64,000 nucleotides of DNA from Patescibacteria group bacterium (GTDB lineage Bacteria > Patescibacteriota > Doudnabacteria > UBA920), in contig WARV01000019.1 in NCBI GenBank assembly GCA_013387205.1, positions 3,642 through 67,641 on the forward strand. The letters are read 5' to 3'. Under the pieces are notes generated by a model. The model did not search any database. It was not told the DNA's origin and saw only the letters and a program-made list of their open reading frames with translations. The position numbers and the translations under genes are program-made. Shown here in pieces: positions 18,518 through 27,807 of the stretch. Positions within the stretch are counted from its first letter, which is position 1; every line of letters starts with the position of its first letter.

Positions 18518-19618
18518 ATGAAAGTAATATGCACCCAAGAAAATTTAAAATCCGGACTGGCCGCGGTGGGAAGAATAATTTCCTCTAACAGCAGTTTGCC
18601 GATTTTAAACAACATATTAATCAAAACCGAAAACGGGCTGCTTAAAATTTCTTCAACAAACCTGGAGATAGCCATTACCACACATATTAGATGCAAGGTT
18701 GAAGAAGAAGGTGAGACAACAGTGTTATCCAAAACAATAACCGATTTAATAAACAACCTGCCTAATAAAAACGTAGTTTTAACTGCAAAAGGCCCACAAA
18801 TGGATATTGAGGCGGAAAACTACCACACATCCATTAAAACACTTCCTGCCGAAGAGTTCCCATTAATCCCCAGTGTGGAAAATTCAGAAACTATATTAAT
18901 AGATTCCCAAAAAATAAAAGAAGCTATGGATCAGGTTGCTTTTGCGGCGTCAACCAACCAAACCCAGCCGGAAATTTCAGGAATCTTATTCAGCATTACC
19001 GGTGATGAAATGAAGGTTGTGGCTACTGACAGGTATAGGCTAGCGGAAAAAAAGACTAAGCTTTTAGAAAAACCCCACAAATCTTACGAGGTGATAGTTC
19101 CGCACAAAACCATCCAGGAATTATCAAGAATAATCGGCAGTCAAAAAGGTGTTGTGAATATGGTGTTCAGTGAAACCCAGGTGTCCATGTTCTTTAATGA
19201 CACGCAAATCATAAGCAGGTTGGTAGACGGCCAGTATCCGCCATACCAACAAATCATACCAACCGAGTTTATAACAACGGTTGTTGCCGATAAACAGGCG
19301 TTTATAAATGCCTTAAGGGCTGGAGGGGTGTTTAGCCAAGGAAGTAATAGTGTTAATTTAAGCTATGACAGCCAGAAGCAGATATTGACAGTGACATCTG
19401 AATCAAACGAGCTTGGTAAAAGCGTGGTGGAAGTACCGTCGCAGATCAAGGGGGACGCGGGAAGTTTGATACTTAACTACCATTACATCATTGATTGCCT
19501 GCAGAGCATTGAAACCCCGCAGGTAAAAATGGAAATTATAGACGACAGTTCTCCAAGCCTGATAGTGCCGATAGGTAAAAATGATTATACTTATTTAGTA
19601 ATGCCGATTAAAAGTTAA
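18518..19618 (+). CDS. dnaN: DNA polymerase III beta sliding clamp
   Basis: 366 aa. Three-domain beta-clamp pattern. Synteny after dnaA. Confidence 0.9.
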   Translation: MKVICTQENLKSGLAAVGRIISSNSSLPILNNILIKTENGLLKISSTNLEIAITTHIRCKVEEEGETTVLSKTITDLINNLPNKNVVLTAKGPQMDIEAENYHTSIKTLPAEEFPLIPSVENSETILIDSQKIKEAMDQVAFAASTNQTQPEISGILFSITGDEMKVVATDRYRLAEKKTKLLEKPHKSYEVIVPHKTIQELSRIIGSQKGVVNMVFSETQVSMFFNDTQIISRLVDGQYPPYQQIIPTEFITTVVADKQAFINALRAGGVFSQGSNSVNLSYDSQKQILTVTSESNELGKSVVEVPSQIKGDAGSLILNYHYIIDCLQSIETPQVKMEIIDDSSPSLIVPIGKNDYTYLVMPIKS

Positions 19619-19627
19619 ACAATAATA

Positions 19628-19719
19628 TAATCCGAATTATCCGAATATTGCAATCCAAATGCCCCGAATAGGGAACATTTGGGGTATTCGGGTAGTAATT
19701 CGGAGTATTAGGATTATAC
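19628..19719 (+). repeat. CCGAAT-rich leader element copy C (ends 3 nt before the recF ATG)
   Basis: TAATCCGAATTATCCGAAT...CCAAATGCCCCGAATAGGGAACATTTGGGGTATTCGGG...ATTCGGAGTATTAGGATTATAC. Confidence 0.9.
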
Positions 19720-19722
19720 TTC

Positions 19723-20808
19723 ATGAAAATAAGAAACATCCAAATTAAAAACTTCCGCAATTATCCAAGCTTAAACATAAGCATTAATAATGACGTGGTG
19801 GTTTTAAGCGGGCCAAACGCGGTTGGAAAAACCAACCTACTTGAATCCGTATATTTCGCCTCGTTATTTAAATCGTTCAGGGACGACACGGAATTCATCT
19901 TTTTGAAGGGCTGCGACAGTCTGGAATTGAAAATGACCGTTGAAAAAGAAGATGAAGAACATTTGCTGGAAGTTTTCTTGGAAAAAAGGGATAAGGTTTA
20001 TGCAAATTTCCTGATTGACGGAGTTAAAAAGAAGCGTAAAGAAGCACAGGGGTTTATGAGTGTTGTTATTTTCGACCCGACTGACGTGGATATGTTCAGT
20101 AAATCCCCGGATTCCAGAAGAAAATATTTGAACATGGTTTTGTCCCAGAAAAACTTAAACTACCTGGACGCTTTGGCAAATTATAAAAAAGCGTTATTCC
20201 AAAAAAACAAACTCCTTGCTGACATTAGAGCAGGAAGGGTGCAGAACACCGGCCTGGAAGAATGGAACGAGCAGCTTGTATCTTTTGGCAGCCAGATAAT
20301 TTTAGAAAGAAAGAAATTCATTAATTACCTGAATAACAGTATTGCGGATGTTTATACCACGATTTCCGGGTTCCATAGGCCGGTAGAAGTGTCTTACGAG
20401 ACATTGCCGGGAGATATTTTGGAAGAAATCCAGGACAGTTTCAGGCAGAAACTTGAAGCCTTAAAGAGTAAAGAAGCGATTTTAGCCAATTGCCTTGTCG
20501 GACCCCATCGAGACGACTTTTTCCTTAAGAGCGAAGGCTTGTTCTTGTCTCCATTTTCTTCCAGGGGAGAACTAAGGAGCCAGGTGTTGGCTTTAAAAGT
20601 CCTGGAGCTTGAATACTTAAGCAGGGAAAACAACAAGCCGATTCTGCTGCTTGATGATGTTTTGTCCGAGTTGGATGAAACCAGAAGGACCTTTTTACTG
20701 AAATATTTGCAAGGGAAATTCCAGACGTTTATAACCACCACACATCCTTTGGAAATGCCGGCACAGCACATCACCTTGACGCCGGCAACCCAGGAAGAAG
20801 AAGCTTGA
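19723..20808 (+). CDS. recF: DNA replication and repair protein RecF
   Basis: Walker A GPNAVGKTN and ABC-type signature region. Synteny dnaA-dnaN-recF. Confidence 0.9.
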   Translation: MKIRNIQIKNFRNYPSLNISINNDVVVLSGPNAVGKTNLLESVYFASLFKSFRDDTEFIFLKGCDSLELKMTVEKEDEEHLLEVFLEKRDKVYANFLIDGVKKKRKEAQGFMSVVIFDPTDVDMFSKSPDSRRKYLNMVLSQKNLNYLDALANYKKALFQKNKLLADIRAGRVQNTGLEEWNEQLVSFGSQIILERKKFINYLNNSIADVYTTISGFHRPVEVSYETLPGDILEEIQDSFRQKLEALKSKEAILANCLVGPHRDDFFLKSEGLFLSPFSSRGELRSQVLALKVLELEYLSRENNKPILLLDDVLSELDETRRTFLLKYLQGKFQTFITTTHPLEMPAQHITLTPATQEEEA

Positions 20809-20943
20809 TATCTACTAAATACTAAAAGGTACTAAATGTACTAAATATCATCAAATAGACTTAATTGATATCAGTACTGGTATATTACTTTAGTACCTTT
20901 CGTATATTTTAGTATTTAGTAGAAGAATTAGTAGAAAAACAAA

Positions 20944-21246
20944 ATGTACAAAAATTATTCTAAAATTGATAAGATTTTATCACTCGCTGCCAAACAATAT
21001 AAGCTTGAGCCTGCTTTGCACAAATACCAGGCAAGTAAACATTGGGAAAGCGTGCTGGTTGGATTTTTCAGCGAGGGCTCAAAAGGTAAAACCAAAGTAA
21101 TTGATTTAAAAGACGGCTTATTGGTAGTGGCCTGCCTTTGCAGGGATTTGGCTTACCAGATAAAATTATTGGCGCAAAAGATAATTCAGGCTTTAAACGA
21201 ATTGGTTGGTAGGAAGATAGTGTTTGCAATAAAAATAGAGTACTAA
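20944..21246 (+). CDS. DUF721 (DciA/YaaB-like) protein
   Basis: 100-aa protein after recF with the conserved DLKDGLLVVACLCRDLAYQIKLL pattern typical of DUF721. Confidence 0.5.
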   Translation: MYKNYSKIDKILSLAAKQYKLEPALHKYQASKHWESVLVGFFSEGSKGKTKVIDLKDGLLVVACLCRDLAYQIKLLAQKIIQALNELVGRKIVFAIKIEY

Positions 21247-21251
21247 ACAAA

Positions 21252-21285
21252 ACTACGATAAATGACGGCCGTCATTTATCGTAGT
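21252..21285. repeat. 34-bp perfect palindrome ACTACGATAAATGACGG/CCGTCATTTATCGTAGT (ACGGCCGT family)
   Basis: Shares a 22-bp core ATAAATGACGGCCGTCATTTAT with the palindrome at 42464. Confidence 0.9.
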
Positions 21286-21293
21286 ATATTAAT

Positions 21294-22022
21294 ATGTCGT
21301 ATTTTTTAAGCGGACAAAAATTACAGGCAGACAAGGAATATAAATTAGAAGGCGAAGAAGCCGGGCATGTTTTGCTTTCACGCCGTATTAAAAAAGGGGA
21401 GAAGGTGAACCTGCAAGGAGTCGATGAAAAAAGATATCTTGTCGAAGTGGTGCAGGTGGGGAAAAAAGATTTAGTTGTTAATGTCTTGGAAGAAATTCCG
21501 ACGCCGCAAGAGTTAAAAGCTGAACTGGTGTTATTGCAGTCAGCGGTTTCGGAAAAAGCTTTGGATTTTATTTTTCAAAAAAGCACGGAGTTGCAAGCGT
21601 CAAAAATTATTTTGTTCAATTCCCAAAACACTGCCACCAGGCTCACAAAGGAGCAGTTTGAAAAGAAATACCAGCGCTGGAATAAAATCCTTTGGGAGGC
21701 GGCAAAACAATCTGACCGCGTCCGTCCTCCAAAGCTGGAGTTTTTGGAAGGAGTTAGAGAAGTTTTGTCTGCGGCGTCAGGTTTTAATAAATTTATCCTG
21801 TTAGATCCGGAAGGTGATAGTTTTCGAAATTCAAAATTTGAAATTCAAAATTCCAATTCCTTCGGGATCGTCATTGGTCCCGAAGGCGGTTTTACCAGCC
21901 AGGAAGTTAGTCAATTCAAGAAATTGCCCAATTGCCAATTAGTATCTCTAGGTCCCATTCTCCTGCGCGCCGAAACCGCAGCCATTGCCAGTTTGGCAAT
22001 ATGCAAAACAATTCTTGAATAA
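21294..22022 (+). CDS. rsmE: 16S rRNA (uracil1498-N3)-methyltransferase RsmE
   Basis: GPEGGFT motif. PUA-like N-terminus. Confidence 0.75.
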   Translation: MSYFLSGQKLQADKEYKLEGEEAGHVLLSRRIKKGEKVNLQGVDEKRYLVEVVQVGKKDLVVNVLEEIPTPQELKAELVLLQSAVSEKALDFIFQKSTELQASKIILFNSQNTATRLTKEQFEKKYQRWNKILWEAAKQSDRVRPPKLEFLEGVREVLSAASGFNKFILLDPEGDSFRNSKFEIQNSNSFGIVIGPEGGFTSQEVSQFKKLPNCQLVSLGPILLRAETAAIASLAICKTILE

Positions 22023-22049
22023 TTACAAAACAATCTTATCAGGTGTTTT

Positions 22050-22079
22050 AAATGGCTCAACCGTACGGTTGAGCCATTT
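22050..22079. terminator. Bidirectional hairpin terminator AAATGGCTCAACC-GTAC-GGTTGAGCCATTT followed by a T-run (GAATGGCTCAACC hairpin family)
   Basis: 13-bp perfect stem between convergent genes. Confidence 0.75.
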
Positions 22080-22080
22080 T

Positions 22081-22530
22081 TTATCTTGCTTTTTCCAGCT
22101 TGGCTTCTTTAACTTTTTTTACTAATTCGCTTGAACTTTGGATCTTGCCACTTTTTCCTATATTGTAAACCATTTCAATTCCAAGCTTTTCACAAACCAT
22201 TACTTCCGGCACCGGGTCGCCGTCCGGTTTTCTGTCACCGCCGTTGGCAAAGACATCAGGTTTTAAAATTTCAAGCTCAGCGCTGACCGACATATCCTTA
22301 GGCTCTTCCGCGTGGTTGGTAATTAAAACCTCGTCAACATACTTAATAGCTTCAATTACCGCCTTGCGCTCCTTTTCATTCATGAACGCAAAGCCTTTTT
22401 TCTTTTTCAACCAGTTATCGTTATTTAAAATGACTACCAAGCGATCCCCTAACTCTTTAGCTTCCTTCATCATCTCGATATGGCCGATGTGTACCGGATC
22501 AAAGCCTCCGGAAATTGCGATTATTTTCAT
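22081..22530 (-). CDS. Cytidylyltransferase-like nucleotidyltransferase (HIGH-motif family)
   Basis: MKIIAISGGFDPVHIGHIEMM N-terminus. The track ORF extends to 22653, but the true start is at 22530, directly after the repeat element. Confidence 0.7.
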   Translation of the reverse strand: MKIIAISGGFDPVHIGHIEMMKEAKELGDRLVVILNNDNWLKKKKGFAFMNEKERKAVIEAIKYVDEVLITNHAEEPKDMSVSAELEILKPDVFANGGDRKPDGDPVPEVMVCEKLGIEMVYNIGKSGKIQSSSELVKKVKEAKLEKAR

Positions 22531-22534
22531 ATAT

Positions 22535-22612
22535 GTAATCCTAATGCCCCGAATTAGCATCCAATGTCCCAATAATATCCCTAAATTATTCGGGTCATTT
22601 GGATAATATTCA
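22535..22612 (-). repeat. CCGAAT-rich leader element copy D (partly degenerate at the distal end; ends 4 nt before the ATG at 22530)
   Basis: Proximal end ATTCGGGGCATTAGGATTACATAT-ATG on the minus strand. Confidence 0.8.
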
Positions 22613-22671
22613 GGGAAGATAACTGTTAGGTACAGCTTTTGACGTATCAGCAAACAAAAAATTGCTGTTTT

Positions 22672-23220
22672 TTAAACTTGTTTCCCTTCCTTGACGAAAT
22701 TGGAGTTCGATTCGTACAGGTCCAAAATAAGTTTTTCAATACTTGCCGGGTTGGGGACGTTGCAAAATTCAAATCTTTCCACTGTGCCTGCTGTCTGTAC
22801 GAACACTTCCCCGTAATTAAAAATAGTGCCTAAAATTCCCGTGGTTTGGCTGGTTACGTCCTCGATCTTATCGATATGCAGCTCGGATACGGTATGGGAG
22901 AAAAGTCCTACCTGGCTAATGTCCACAATGCGGATACTGGTGATGATCTGGATATTTAAATAATGGATGACCCAGATTAAAAACAGGCTTAATGCCAAAA
23001 ATAGGGTGTAGAGCTGGGTAAATAAGGTCGTGATTTGCCCGTAGCGGCCTTCGAACAGTAGGGGCAAGACTTCTTTCGCGTAGCGGTTAAACAAAATCAG
23101 GGCAGCGGCAAAGAACAGCCAGACAACCAGTTTTAGGGATAAATAAACCCAATGTTCGCGGACTACCAAATAAATGGTTTCGTCGGATAATTGGCTGGGG
23201 AACAATCTTTTTGTGAGCAT
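22672..23220 (-). CDS. Membrane protein with bacterial PH (YdbS/YdbT-like) domain
   Basis: Two N-terminal TM helices followed by a soluble domain. Weak family call. Confidence 0.4.
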   Translation of the reverse strand: MLTKRLFPSQLSDETIYLVVREHWVYLSLKLVVWLFFAAALILFNRYAKEVLPLLFEGRYGQITTLFTQLYTLFLALSLFLIWVIHYLNIQIITSIRIVDISQVGLFSHTVSELHIDKIEDVTSQTTGILGTIFNYGEVFVQTAGTVERFEFCNVPNPASIEKLILDLYESNSNFVKEGKQV

Positions 23221-23225
23221 GGGGT

Positions 23226-23450
23226 TTATAATATTGTTTTTAGGGTGGTATAGCTGTCAGCTAAAATTTTCAGGAAAAAAATGCTGTAAAACACGGCAAC
23301 AGAGAGCGATAACAGGGAATTTTTTCCATACCTTATTAAAGTATATAACCCAAACAGTGAGAAAAAAGTCAAAAAGCCGGCCAGTACATAATAAACACCG
23401 GCAATTAACAGGTTGGCGGGAGTAGAAAAGTCCATAAGTTTAATGAACAA
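23226..23450 (-). CDS. Small hydrophobic membrane protein (2 TM)
   Basis: ORF with two hydrophobic helices. Forms an operon with the upstream PH-domain protein. Confidence 0.4.
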   Translation of the reverse strand: MFIKLMDFSTPANLLIAGVYYVLAGFLTFFSLFGLYTLIRYGKNSLLSLSVAVFYSIFFLKILADSYTTLKTIL

Positions 23451-23460
23451 AAATAATAAA

Positions 23461-23543
23461 AATTAAAAAAATGACAAAAATGTAAAAATCGCCGCTAAGC
23501 AAGTATTTTTGATCATTTTTGTCATTTTCGTCGTTTTTGTCAT
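23461..23543. repeat. Tandem AATGACAAAAA / TTTTTGTCATT repeats in the spacer between ruvB and the small membrane gene
   Basis: The motif TTTTTGTCATTT occurs three times in one orientation and TGACAAAAATG occurs on the opposite strand. Confidence 0.6.
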
Positions 23544-24584
23544 TTATAATAATGTTTTTTGTTGCGCGGCTGGAGGAGTAAGTCCTAAATGCTTGTAAGC
23601 CGCTTCGGTGGCTTGTCTGCCTTTTGGTGTCCTGGATAATAATCCTGTTCGGATTAGAAACGGTTCGTGGACATCCGTGATAGTGTCTTCTTCCTCGCCG
23701 GTTGCAGCTGCCAGGGTAGAAAGCCCCACTGGCCCCCCGGAGAATTTGTTTACCAAAGCATCCAGGATGCGGCGGTCATTTTTATCCAAGCCTAAATTAT
23801 CAACTTCCAAAAGTTTCAGCGCTTCGTTCACTACATCTAAAGTAATTGTATCATGGCCGTGGACCTGGGCAAAATCCCTGACTCGCTTTAAAAGCCGGTT
23901 AGCAATGCGCGGGGTAAAGCGGCTGCGCTTGGCCAATTCCATGCTGGCAGAGTCTTCTATGGGTGCATTTAAAATTTTGGCCGAGCGACTGATTATTTTT
24001 TTTAATTCTTCAGCTGTGTAATATTCCAAACGGTACGTGGCGCCAAAGCGGTCTCGCAAAGGGGAAGAAATTAGGCCGATTCTGGTAGTGGCGCCAATGA
24101 GCGTAAATTTCGGCAAATCCATCCTAATGCTTCTGGCTCCGGGGCCCTTGCCCAAAACAATATCCAAAACATAATCTTCCATAGCCGGATACAAAACCTC
24201 TTCCACAACCTTATTTAAGCGGTGGATTTCATCCACGAATAAAACGTCGCCTTCGGCCAAATTGGTCAGTAGTGATGCCAAGTCTCCTGCCCTCTCAATT
24301 GCCGGACCGGATGTGACTTTAATATTTACGCCCATTTCCTTGGCCACAATGAATGCCAGCGTGGTTTTGCCCAGCCCAGGCGGCCCGTAAAACAGCAAGT
24401 GCTCGATGCGCTCTTTCCTTTTTTTTGCCGCTTCCATGACAATCTTTAAATTTTCCTTGACCGCGGTTTGGCCGACGTATTCGTCCAAAGACGACGGGCG
24501 GAGATTTTGTTCAATGACAATTTCTTCGTCATCCATGGAAGCGGAATCCAGCGGGGAAAGGTTTTCTTTTTTGGAGTCGATCAT
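23544..24584 (-). CDS. ruvB: Holliday junction branch migration ATPase RuvB
   Basis: Walker [12 protein letters not shown] and the RuvB AAA+ / winged-helix architecture. Confidence 0.95.
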   Translation of the reverse strand: MIDSKKENLSPLDSASMDDEEIVIEQNLRPSSLDEYVGQTAVKENLKIVMEAAKKRKERIEHLLFYGPPGLGKTTLAFIVAKEMGVNIKVTSGPAIERAGDLASLLTNLAEGDVLFVDEIHRLNKVVEEVLYPAMEDYVLDIVLGKGPGARSIRMDLPKFTLIGATTRIGLISSPLRDRFGATYRLEYYTAEELKKIISRSAKILNAPIEDSASMELAKRSRFTPRIANRLLKRVRDFAQVHGHDTITLDVVNEALKLLEVDNLGLDKNDRRILDALVNKFSGGPVGLSTLAAATGEEEDTITDVHEPFLIRTGLLSRTPKGRQATEAAYKHLGLTPPAAQQKTLL

Positions 24585-24591
24585 ATAAATA

Positions 24592-24686
24592 TAATCCTAA
24601 TGACCCGAATAATATCCGAATTATCCAAATGTGCCAAAAGGGAGTTTTCGGGTCATTAGGATGCCGATTCGGGGTATTCGGATTAC
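24592..24686 (-). repeat. CCGAAT-rich leader element copy E (ends 7 nt before the ruvB ATG)
   Basis: Reverse complement GTAATCCGAATACCCCGAAT...CCTAATGACCCGAAAA...ATTCGGGTCATTAGGATTAT. Confidence 0.9.
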
Positions 24687-24692
24687 AATATC

Positions 24693-25892
24693 TTAATTAG
24701 TTTGTGAAGGAATTGGTGGTATAGCTGTCGGGGTTGTGGTGGAAACGAATTTTTCTTCCTTATGGAACAAGGCCGGCGGCTGGTAGATGGATTTAAACGT
24801 GGAAGTTGACGTCTCCCCGTCTTTGGTAACTACCCTGGTCCATAAGGCTTTCATGGATCCGTCTGTTTTTTTGTCATACTGGACCGGGTTTTCCAAAATG
24901 ACTTGCCTGCTGTCTTTGGTGCCGTAAAGTTCGAAAATCAATTTATACTTGTTTTCAAAATGCGGCCAGATAAGCAGATAGGACGGGGTGTCGTTTTTAA
25001 ATTTTAAATCCACTACTCCAGGGTAAATTGTCGCATCCGTGCCCTGGGGCGCGTAATATTGCACGGCGTAAGCGTGGTTGCGGCGCTCTCGTATGGGCAG
25101 GCCGGCTTGCATGGCCGCGCGAAAAACCGTGGATGACACTTGGCATAACCCGCCGCCGAATTCAGGTATGGTGCCTTCTTTTTTTATGACGAGCTCGGGC
25201 AAAAAACCATGTTTGCCGTCAACCGGCCCTAAATATTTATTAAAGCTGAATTCTTCGTTCGGCGCTACAATAATGCCTTTCATCCGTTCTACGCCGACTT
25301 CAATATTATGGATGCGGTTTTTTGGGCTGCCTGAAAAACTTGATTCGCCTTTGGCAACAAGTTCTTTTATTCCCAGTTCATTGGTGTCTGACAGCGTTGT
25401 TTGCGGGTGGGTTACATAAACCGGCAAGTCCATGGACTGCCTGCCTGAAGATAGGGCTGAGATGAGATTAAGGGAAGACTTGTAGATATCAACCTTAATT
25501 CCGTTTTGCGGCTGGATGAATTCCGTAGCAATGTTGTCCTTTATGGTCAGGCGCGGCTGGGTAACCGGCACGTCAATATTCTTTGCCGCCTCTTTCAAAT
25601 AGGAATAAACTTTATCCAGCCGGTACTGGTAGGTAATTATTTTTTCAGGCTTAACCTGCGGCTTGCCGAAAGACCTGAGCAGGGAAGCTTTTAAAGTCTC
25701 CTGGGTCGGGACAAAAATTTTACTTTGGCGGATTTTGGTTTGTCCCTTAAAAGAATTTACGGTTTCCTGGTCCAGCGTGATTTTTTGTTCCCCGTAAACC
25801 AAAGACATAGCCGGCTCACCGGCCGCTTTGATAACCTTTGGAGAGAAAGCCAAAAGTAACATGATAAGAATGGCAGCGTTTTTATGTCTCAT
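24693..25892 (-). CDS. VanW-family secreted protein
   Basis: Signal peptide. Conserved FSFNKYLGP...GGGLCQVSSTVFRAAMQAGL...ERRNHAYA VanW signature. Confidence 0.7.
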   Translation of the reverse strand: MRHKNAAILIMLLLAFSPKVIKAAGEPAMSLVYGEQKITLDQETVNSFKGQTKIRQSKIFVPTQETLKASLLRSFGKPQVKPEKIITYQYRLDKVYSYLKEAAKNIDVPVTQPRLTIKDNIATEFIQPQNGIKVDIYKSSLNLISALSSGRQSMDLPVYVTHPQTTLSDTNELGIKELVAKGESSFSGSPKNRIHNIEVGVERMKGIIVAPNEEFSFNKYLGPVDGKHGFLPELVIKKEGTIPEFGGGLCQVSSTVFRAAMQAGLPIRERRNHAYAVQYYAPQGTDATIYPGVVDLKFKNDTPSYLLIWPHFENKYKLIFELYGTKDSRQVILENPVQYDKKTDGSMKALWTRVVTKDGETSTSTFKSIYQPPALFHKEEKFVSTTTPTAIPPIPSQTN

Positions 25893-26302
25893 TAATGTTG
25901 GAATTCAATGATTCGGGTTTTTTTTGGAAGATGGCGCTTGATTTTATCAGCCCACTCAATGACTGTTACGGTGTCTTTTTTGCCCCAGAATTCGTGCAGT
26001 CCCAACTGATCGGCTTCGGCAAAACTTTTGGTCCTGTAAAGATCCAGATGGTAAAGCAGTATCGGTTTTTTTCCGCTTCCTGTTTTTGGCAGGCTGGCTT
26101 TGTAAAAATGCATTAAGGCAAAAGTCGGGCTGGGCATGTTTTTTTTAATTCCCAAACGCCTACCGAGCGCTTTTGTAAATGTGGTTTTGCCAGAGCCCAA
26201 GGGCCCGATTAAAGCCAAAACCTCGCCGCCTTTTAAGCCTTCGGCAACCTGCCTGGCAAAAGTCCTTGCATTTTTTAATTTAAGAATTTGATGCTTCTTC
26301 AT
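25892..26302 (-). CDS. tsaE: tRNA threonylcarbamoyladenosine biosynthesis ATPase TsaE
   Basis: P-loop GPLGSGKTTF and the HLDLYR motif. 1-nt overlap with the vanW-like start. Confidence 0.8.
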   Translation of the reverse strand: MKKHQILKLKNARTFARQVAEGLKGGEVLALIGPLGSGKTTFTKALGRRLGIKKNMPSPTFALMHFYKASLPKTGSGKKPILLYHLDLYRTKSFAEADQLGLHEFWGKKDTVTVIEWADKIKRHLPKKTRIIEFQH

Positions 26303-26420
26303 AAAACTAATGCGAATGATGCGAAATAGTATGCGAAAATCGCGAAATCTGCTGCAAACACTTTAATGTATTTTTCGCGTAATTCGCATAGCCTTTTGCG
26401 ATATTCGCATTATATATATT
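26303..26420. repeat. ~110-bp imperfect palindrome rich in TGCGAA(A/T) repeats in the divergent tsaE / DHH-gene spacer
   Basis: GCGAA repeated 5 times on the left half and TTCGC 5 times on the right half. The halves are approximately reverse complementary. Confidence 0.6.
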
Positions 26421-26432
26421 ATTTTACCCGGA

Positions 26433-26461
26433 TTGACGGATTAAGTAAAATTTTATATACT
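26433..26461 (+). promoter_or_regulatory. Sigma70-like promoter TTGACG-17-TATACT upstream of the DHH phosphoesterase gene
   Basis: Hexamers and 17-nt spacer read directly. Confidence 0.5.
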
Positions 26462-26480
26462 TTGGAATCGGACCCTTTAT

Positions 26481-27653
26481 ATGGAACAAAATATCGAGCA
26501 GCAAATTTTTGAGCAGTTCTCAAAAGCCAATAAAATTTTAATCGCTTTACCGGAAGCTGTCACCGCGGACGCCCTGGCCAGTTCTTTGGCTTTGGCGCTG
26601 TTTTTAAAACGTCTGGACAAGGATGTTGAAGTGCTGACTTCCGGGGTGTTGCCGGAAAATTTAAGCTTCCTTCCCGGCTACCAACTGATAAAATCCGACA
26701 TTAGCAGCGGCAAAAGCTTGGTTGTGACAGTGGATACCTCAGTTAAGAAATTGGATGAAATTAGCTATCAAGTACATGACGGCAAAGTCAGTATTTATCT
26801 TAAGCCCAAAGACGGAAGCTTTACCCCGGAGGACGTGTCTTTTTCCACGGAAAAATTTCCGGTAGATTTGCTGGTGGCCGTCGAGTGCCGGTCTTTGGAA
26901 TCCTTGGGGCAGCTTTTCGAGAAGCACGCGGACCTGCTGTTTGGAATCCCTAAGATAAATATAGACAACAAGGCCGGCAATGAGTATTTCGGCGCCATCA
27001 ATTTAATTGACATTAACGCCAGCTCGGTCGCGGAAATAATTTCTTCGCTGTTTGAAAAATACGAAACCCAGCTGGTCAACGAAGATATTGCCACCTGTTT
27101 GCTTACCGGAATTATTACCAAAACCGACAGTTTCCAGCATGTCCAAACCACGCCCAAGGCTTTTGTAAAAGCCTCTGAGCTGATAAGCTTGGGCGGCAGG
27201 CAGCAGGAAGTCATTAAGAATATTTATAAAACCAAATCCTTGCCCATGCTGAAATTGTGGGGCCGGGCCTTGGCCAGACTGAAAGTCAACGATAATTTGC
27301 AGGCCGCCTACTCGGCTTTAAATCTCGGCGATTTTGAAAAAGCCGGAGCCAGTGAAAAAGATTTGCCTGAAGTGCTAAAAGAACTTTTAGATAACATTTC
27401 CGGTTATCGTCTTGTCGCGCTTTTCAGTGAAAGGCCGGACGGAGGAGTTTCGGGTATACTTGCAGTCCATCCTCAAATTGACATGGATGTTTTGGTCCAG
27501 CAAATCCATGGATTGGATTTGTCTAAAGATGGAAACCTCGGGGCGTTTAAAGTCTGCCGGCTTGTTTTGCCAAAAACTTCCCTTCTTGAAGCCGAAACCA
27601 AGCTCGTTGACGCCTTAAGCAAAACCCATTCCGGATTTTTGCCGGAGATATAA
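26481..27653 (+). CDS. DHH-family phosphoesterase (NrnA-like, DHH + DHHA1)
   Basis: N-terminal DHH region and a C-terminal DHHA1-like region with a GGH-type motif. Confidence 0.65.
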   Translation: MEQNIEQQIFEQFSKANKILIALPEAVTADALASSLALALFLKRLDKDVEVLTSGVLPENLSFLPGYQLIKSDISSGKSLVVTVDTSVKKLDEISYQVHDGKVSIYLKPKDGSFTPEDVSFSTEKFPVDLLVAVECRSLESLGQLFEKHADLLFGIPKINIDNKAGNEYFGAINLIDINASSVAEIISSLFEKYETQLVNEDIATCLLTGIITKTDSFQHVQTTPKAFVKASELISLGGRQQEVIKNIYKTKSLPMLKLWGRALARLKVNDNLQAAYSALNLGDFEKAGASEKDLPEVLKELLDNISGYRLVALFSERPDGGVSGILAVHPQIDMDVLVQQIHGLDLSKDGNLGAFKVCRLVLPKTSLLEAETKLVDALSKTHSGFLPEI

Positions 27654-27672
27654 AATTATTCGATTAAATTAA

Positions 27673-27713
27673 TACAAGGATGCCCCCTGCGCAGCGCAGG
27701 GGGCATCCTTGTA
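27673..27713. terminator. Hairpin terminator TACAAGGATGCCCCCTGCG-CAG-CGCAGGGGGCATCCTTGTA followed by a T-run (AAGGATGCCCC hairpin family)
   Basis: 19-bp perfect stem. Confidence 0.8.
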
Positions 27714-27807
27714 TTTTAAGATTTTAATTTTTTGATGCCTATCCCAAAAAAATGTTATAATAAATGCACGCTTTGAGTAGAATCATTTTTTAGAAACCAA
27801 AAAACAA

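Noticed and set aside
22531-22653. N-terminal extension of the cytidylyltransferase ORF (track start 22653)
   Set aside because: The extension is a read-through of repeat copy D. The conserved N-terminus MKIIAISGGFDPVHIGH begins at 22530.
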